Part shown: positions 26,605 through 30,437 of the stretch, one piece after another
Layout of the letters: each line of letters opens with the position of its first letter
Numbering within the stretch: position 1 is the stretch's first letter
DNA from: Opitutales bacterium
GTDB lineage: Bacteria > Verrucomicrobiota > Verrucomicrobiia > Opitutales > JABSRG01
Length of the DNA: 30,437 nt
Assembly: GCA_049599475.1 (NCBI GenBank)
Contig: JBMYOQ010000054.1
Location: forward strand, 1 to 30,437
Reading direction: 5' to 3'
Position numbers and translations under genes: made by a program
The notes under the pieces: generated by a model
Database searches by the model: none
What the model was told of the DNA's origin: nothing
What the model saw: the letters and a program-made list of their open reading frames with translations, nothing else

Positions 26605-26630
26605 GAAAGATTTTCAGAAGTCTTGGCAAT
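26605..26630 (+). promoter_or_regulatory. Conserved upstream element GAAAGATTTTC-N5-TCTTGGCAAT (DUF5060 gene)
   Basis: Matches 17804-17829. Confidence 0.7.
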
Positions 26631-26680
26631 TACGAGAAAACCCTGACCTCAAGCAGGATCATTCTACCCCAAACTCTCCG

Positions 26681-29600
26681 ATGTCTTTCATGAAATTGAA
26701 TTGCTCTTCCGTTATGCCATTTTATCGCTCTGTTCGCGGTTTTCTCGAAGGGATACTCTTATTTTGTATCGCTTATATACAACCCCTTGCGGCTCAGTCC
26801 GGCCCTTACTTGGAGGTCGATGGCCTGCTCATTATGGAGGCGGAGAACACGGCGTCTCAATTGGATAGTGATAGTAATAATCCTTGGGTTTCATTGAGTC
26901 CAGGAGACAATCACTACGAAGATGGTGCGACTGGAGAGGAGTATATTGAGTTCGCGGGGAATGGGCCTGCCGGTGGCGATCCGAGGTCTCCCTTAGAATA
27001 TACCTTTAAGATTAACAAAGGGGGTAATTACGCCATGGCCTTTCGTTCGCACAAGCGCCTACAAGGCCAACCTGATGATAGGTGTAATGATGCTTATGTA
27101 AGGATGGCTGGAAACTTCGATAGAGCAGATCGGGACGAAACGAACAGACCCACGTGGAATGTGAGTAATCTCGAGATCGACAAGAAGATTTATTTATCTG
27201 GAGAGGGCCACGGTTGGGGGGTTGCGGGGACATTAGAGCACCTAGAACAGGTCAATAACAGGCATAGACCCGCGCGCTACAAATTTATCGCGGGCGAGAC
27301 TTACACACTTACGGTCTCTGGTCGTTCTGAGCGATATGGCATTGATCGCATTATCTTTTGGCATGATGACCTCGCGGATGAATTTGCCAAAGATTCTGCT
27401 CTGGAAGAATCCCTGCGCGAGGGCGATCCCAATGCAGGCTTGCCCATCGCAGACGCTGGCTCAGATCAGGTCATCACGCTTCCAGACGGGGATGTAACTC
27501 TGGATGGATCGAATAGTAGTGATCCTGGTGGCAATATTGATTCCTATCTTTGGACTCAGTTGCCCGGTGGCCCCAATACTGCAATATTGAGTGGTGAAAC
27601 GACGGATACACTGAGTGCGTCCGGACTTATCGAGGGTACCTACGTTTTTGAATTAACTGTAACTGACAGCGATAACAACACCGCCTCCGACACGGTCACG
27701 GTCACCGTTGCGGAAGCGAGTGCCGCGGTCATCAAGGGTGACCTTATGCGCTGGCACAAAGTTACCCTTGAGCTGGATGGTCCCCCTGCGACTGAGACGG
27801 GTGCGACGAACCCTTTTGCGGATTACAGGATGATCGTTACTTTTACGCATCCAGGAACAGGGCTTACTTACAATGTTCCAGGGTACTTCGCCGCGGATGG
27901 CGATGCTGCCAATACTTCGGCAACCAGCGGCAATAAATGGCACGCCCACCTTTCGCCGGATGAGATTGGGCACTGGGACTATACGATTAGCTTCCGCGAA
28001 GGGACAGACGTAGCGGTAGACTCCAGTCCCGATGCTGGCACTGTCATGCCCGCGTATGATGGCTTGAGCGGTTCTTTCACCGTAAGCGAGACAGACAAGA
28101 CGGGCAGAGACTTCCGCGCGAAAGGCCGCTTGACCTATGTAGGGGAAAACTACCTACAGTTTTCCGGGACCGGCGAATATTTCATCAAGGCGGGATCCGA
28201 CTCTCCAGAAAACCTTCTGGCTTACGATGATTTTGATGACACCCCCAATGCCTTAACGGGGCCAAAAGGAGATAGGGAGTACCGCAAGACCTGGAATCCT
28301 CATGCAGGTGATTATAGTGCCTTGGATGCATCTGACTATACCTGGGATAATGGTCGCGGAACCGAATTGCTCGGTGCACTTCGCTACCTTGGAGAATTAG
28401 AAGGCCTCAATTCATTCTCATTCATCACATTCACCGTTGATGCTGATGATGATAATGTATTCCCACATCTACTACGCAGTGATGTAGCGGGATATGAGTC
28501 GATCCCTCAGGATAACGACGATGAGTCACCTACTGGAGGCCGCTGGGGGCATCCCACGCATGGATTACACCCCGATCGCTTCGACGTATCGAAATTGGCC
28601 CAATGGGGGCTGATCATGGATTATGCCACGAAGAAGGGCATGTTCATGGATATCAAGACTCAGGAAGAAGAGAATGACCGGAAAATGGATGGCGGTTCTC
28701 TCGGACTCGAACGCAAGCTGTATTACCGCGAGCTCATCGCCCGTTTTGGACATAACCTCGGTCTACAATGGAACCTCGGAGAAGAGGTTAATTATCACTC
28801 GGAGTTCAATGATCAGGAGCAGGATCGTATCAAAAGCTTTGCTGAGTATTTCCAGGCCAACGATCCTTACAATCACTTGCTGACTGTCCATTCATTAGCA
28901 GGCCAGGATGACCAGGATGATATTTACGACCCGCTCTTGGGCAACCAATCTGTGCTCACGGGTGCATCGGTCCAAACAACTGCGGTTGACCTCACGGATG
29001 TATTTACTAGCGCGAAGAAATGGTCAGAGGCTTCAAATCAGGCGGGCACTCCCTGGGTGGTCTTCATTGATGAGCCAGGCAGTGCTGCCTATGGTGTGAA
29101 AACAGATAATGATGGTCTCACAAAACAGCATGATACATGGACCGACGGAGTCGAATATGAGGAAAGTGAGAAGCATGAGTATGCGCGCAAAAATGCGCTC
29201 TGGGGCTCCATCATGGGTGGATCTGCTGGGATAAACTTCTACTTCGGGTTTTTGTCTAGAAAGTATGATGGAAGTGATGAAGGCCAAAGTGACCAATGGG
29301 CTGAGAACTTCCGTAGCCGGGATCTCCTGTGGGATTACGCTCGCTACATGCTGGAGTTTTTCGAGATTAACGAGATTCCGGTAACGGAGATGAGTAATTA
29401 TGGTAACCTTACGCCTGCATTAGGAAGTTGGGTCTTTGCCAAACCGGGTGATACCTACATGGTTTACCTCAGAGATGGGGGCTCCGAAACTCTCGACCTG
29501 AGCGGAGTATCTGGAACCTTTGATGTGAGCTGGTATGACCCGCGTAATGGAGGAGCCATGCAAAATGGCTCAGTCACGAGTATCGAGGGCGGCAGCACGG

Positions 29601-30437
29601 TTTCTCTGGGCGATGCTCCCAATACCTCAGATAATGACTGGCTGGTTTTGGTCCAAAAGCCAACGGTCTCGGGGCCAGCAGATCCCTACAATTTGCAGGC
29701 TATCGTCGATTTTCCAGATATTGATGCCGGTGCTGTCCCATACACCGTGGATGGTGCACGCAATGCCTTGCAGATCGACGCTACGGTTGAGGAAAATCGA
29801 GGGCCCTTCGCCCGTGCTACGACGACATTTTTTGGCGAAGCCGGTAGCTATGATGTGACGATTGCGACCATTGGCGAATATGATGGAGAGAGCCAATACC
29901 GTTTTTATGTAAACGGCGTCCAGGTCGGAACCACCGTGACAAACGATTCCACCAATCAAGGCTTCGATCCGCAGACGCACGTCATAGCGACAGGCGTTCA
30001 AATTCCCGCAGGCGCGACACTCGCCGTGGAGTCCAATGCAGCATCCAATGGTGAAGTCTTGGAGGGAGATCCCCCTGAACCCGCATGGGCGCGTGGACGC
30101 TGGACCGGCCTGTCATTTACACAGGTCAATACACCTCCAGCAGGCCCAGCAGTGGTATCTCTCACTTTAGTAAATGCGACGACAGATCAACCAGTGCCTG
30201 GCTTTGATCCAATACCTAATGGAGCCGTGATCAATACGGTCGATATTGGAACGACGAATCTGAATATCATCGCCAGTACGGACCCCGATTCAGATTTTGG
30301 CAGTGTTGTATTTAGTTTATCCGGAGCGGAAGCGCATAATCAAACGGAAAGTGTTATGCCCTTTGTGCTCTATGGAGACGCGGGTAGTGGAGATTATAAT
30401 GACAATACATTCGATAACGGAACCTATACGCTCTCCG
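26681..30437 (+). CDS. 3'-truncated secreted DUF5060-domain protein (CBM-like, PKD/REJ, DUF5060, putative clan GH-A-like barrel, collagen_bind_2-like, further beta-sandwich modules)
   Basis: Hand translation from ATG 26681 (alternatives 26690, 26714) is in the same frame at both ends, ~1252 codons. Motifs: signal ..YIQPLAA-QS; PIADAGSDQVITLP...GTYVFELTVTD; GDLMRWHKVTL...VPGYFAADG...KWHAHLSPDEIG.W.Y; YRELIARFGHNLGLQWNLGEE; FAKPGDTYMVYL...WYDPRNGG. It is missing from the ORF track because no stop codon falls in the window. Confidence 0.85.
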   Translation, partial: MSFMKLNCSSVMPFYRSVRGFLEGILLFCIAYIQPLAAQSGPYLEVDGLLIMEAENTASQLDSDSNNPWVSLSPGDNHYEDGATGEEYIEFAGNGPAGGDPRSPLEYTFKINKGGNYAMAFRSHKRLQGQPDDRCNDAYVRMAGNFDRADRDETNRPTWNVSNLEIDKKIYLSGEGHGWGVAGTLEHLEQVNNRHRPARYKFIAGETYTLTVSGRSERYGIDRIIFWHDDLADEFAKDSALEESLREGDPNAGLPIADAGSDQVITLPDGDVTLDGSNSSDPGGNIDSYLWTQLPGGPNTAILSGETTDTLSASGLIEGTYVFELTVTDSDNNTASDTVTVTVAEASAAVIKGDLMRWHKVTLELDGPPATETGATNPFADYRMIVTFTHPGTGLTYNVPGYFAADGDAANTSATSGNKWHAHLSPDEIGHWDYTISFREGTDVAVDSSPDAGTVMPAYDGLSGSFTVSETDKTGRDFRAKGRLTYVGENYLQFSGTGEYFIKAGSDSPENLLAYDDFDDTPNALTGPKGDREYRKTWNPHAGDYSALDASDYTWDNGRGTELLGALRYLGELEGLNSFSFITFTVDADDDNVFPHLLRSDVAGYESIPQDNDDESPTGGRWGHPTHGLHPDRFDVSKLAQWGLIMDYATKKGMFMDIKTQEEENDRKMDGGSLGLERKLYYRELIARFGHNLGLQWNLGEEVNYHSEFNDQEQDRIKSFAEYFQANDPYNHLLTVHSLAGQDDQDDIYDPLLGNQSVLTGASVQTTAVDLTDVFTSAKKWSEASNQAGTPWVVFIDEPGSAAYGVKTDNDGLTKQHDTWTDGVEYEESEKHEYARKNALWGSIMGGSAGINFYFGFLSRKYDGSDEGQSDQWAENFRSRDLLWDYARYMLEFFEINEIPVTEMSNYGNLTPALGSWVFAKPGDTYMVYLRDGGSETLDLSGVSGTFDVSWYDPRNGGAMQNGSVTSIEGGSTVSLGDAPNTSDNDWLVLVQKPTVSGPADPYNLQAIVDFPDIDAGAVPYTVDGARNALQIDATVEENRGPFARATTTFFGEAGSYDVTIATIGEYDGESQYRFYVNGVQVGTTVTNDSTNQGFDPQTHVIATGVQIPAGATLAVESNAASNGEVLEGDPPEPAWARGRWTGLSFTQVNTPPAGPAVVSLTLVNATTDQPVPGFDPIPNGAVINTVDIGTTNLNIIASTDPDSDFGSVVFSLSGAEAHNQTESVMPFVLYGDAGSGDYNDNTFDNGTYTLS

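Noticed and set aside
27653..30001. Short ORFs listed by the track in the last 3.7 kb
   Set aside because: They are artefacts overlapping the real open-ended DUF5060 frame that starts at 26681.
1..30437. CRISPR array, tRNA/rRNA, IS/integrase, parS site
   Set aside because: No regularly spaced repeats, RNA-gene signatures, transposase motifs or parS palindrome were seen by eye. A computational scan was not possible.

Overview
This is a bacterial window. The protein sequences and C-terminal motifs suggest Verrucomicrobiota, possibly a marine Opitutae lineage (inference, not a database result). The first ~8.8 kb is housekeeping: transketolase, rhomboid protease, M3 oligopeptidase, a Tat-exported class V PLP enzyme, a LysM protein, parB and a hypothetical gene. 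From ~8.9 kb to the end lies a polysaccharide-oriented island with two ECF sigma/FecR-type anti-sigma pairs and four large secreted multidomain proteins. These are a 2192-aa beta-propeller/di-heme cytochrome c peroxidase-like protein with CBM-like modules, a divergent GH10, a beta-helix + CBM32 protein, and a >1250-aa DUF5060-type protein that runs off the window and is absent from the ORF track. Four observations stand out. (1) Each anti-sigma ends in a domain homologous to an accessory module of the neighbouring secreted enzymes, and no TonB-dependent transducer is in view. (2) The island's genes share upstream motifs (AAGRTTTTC, GGCAAT and longer pairwise matches). (3) Three secreted proteins share a ~120-aa 'DxDGD-EY-DP...SxNLxxW...FYRL' domain, a candidate sorting signal. 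(4) GTAG/GTGG-bounded REP-like hairpins occupy the intergenic spacers. No rRNA, tRNA, CRISPR or transposase was seen.
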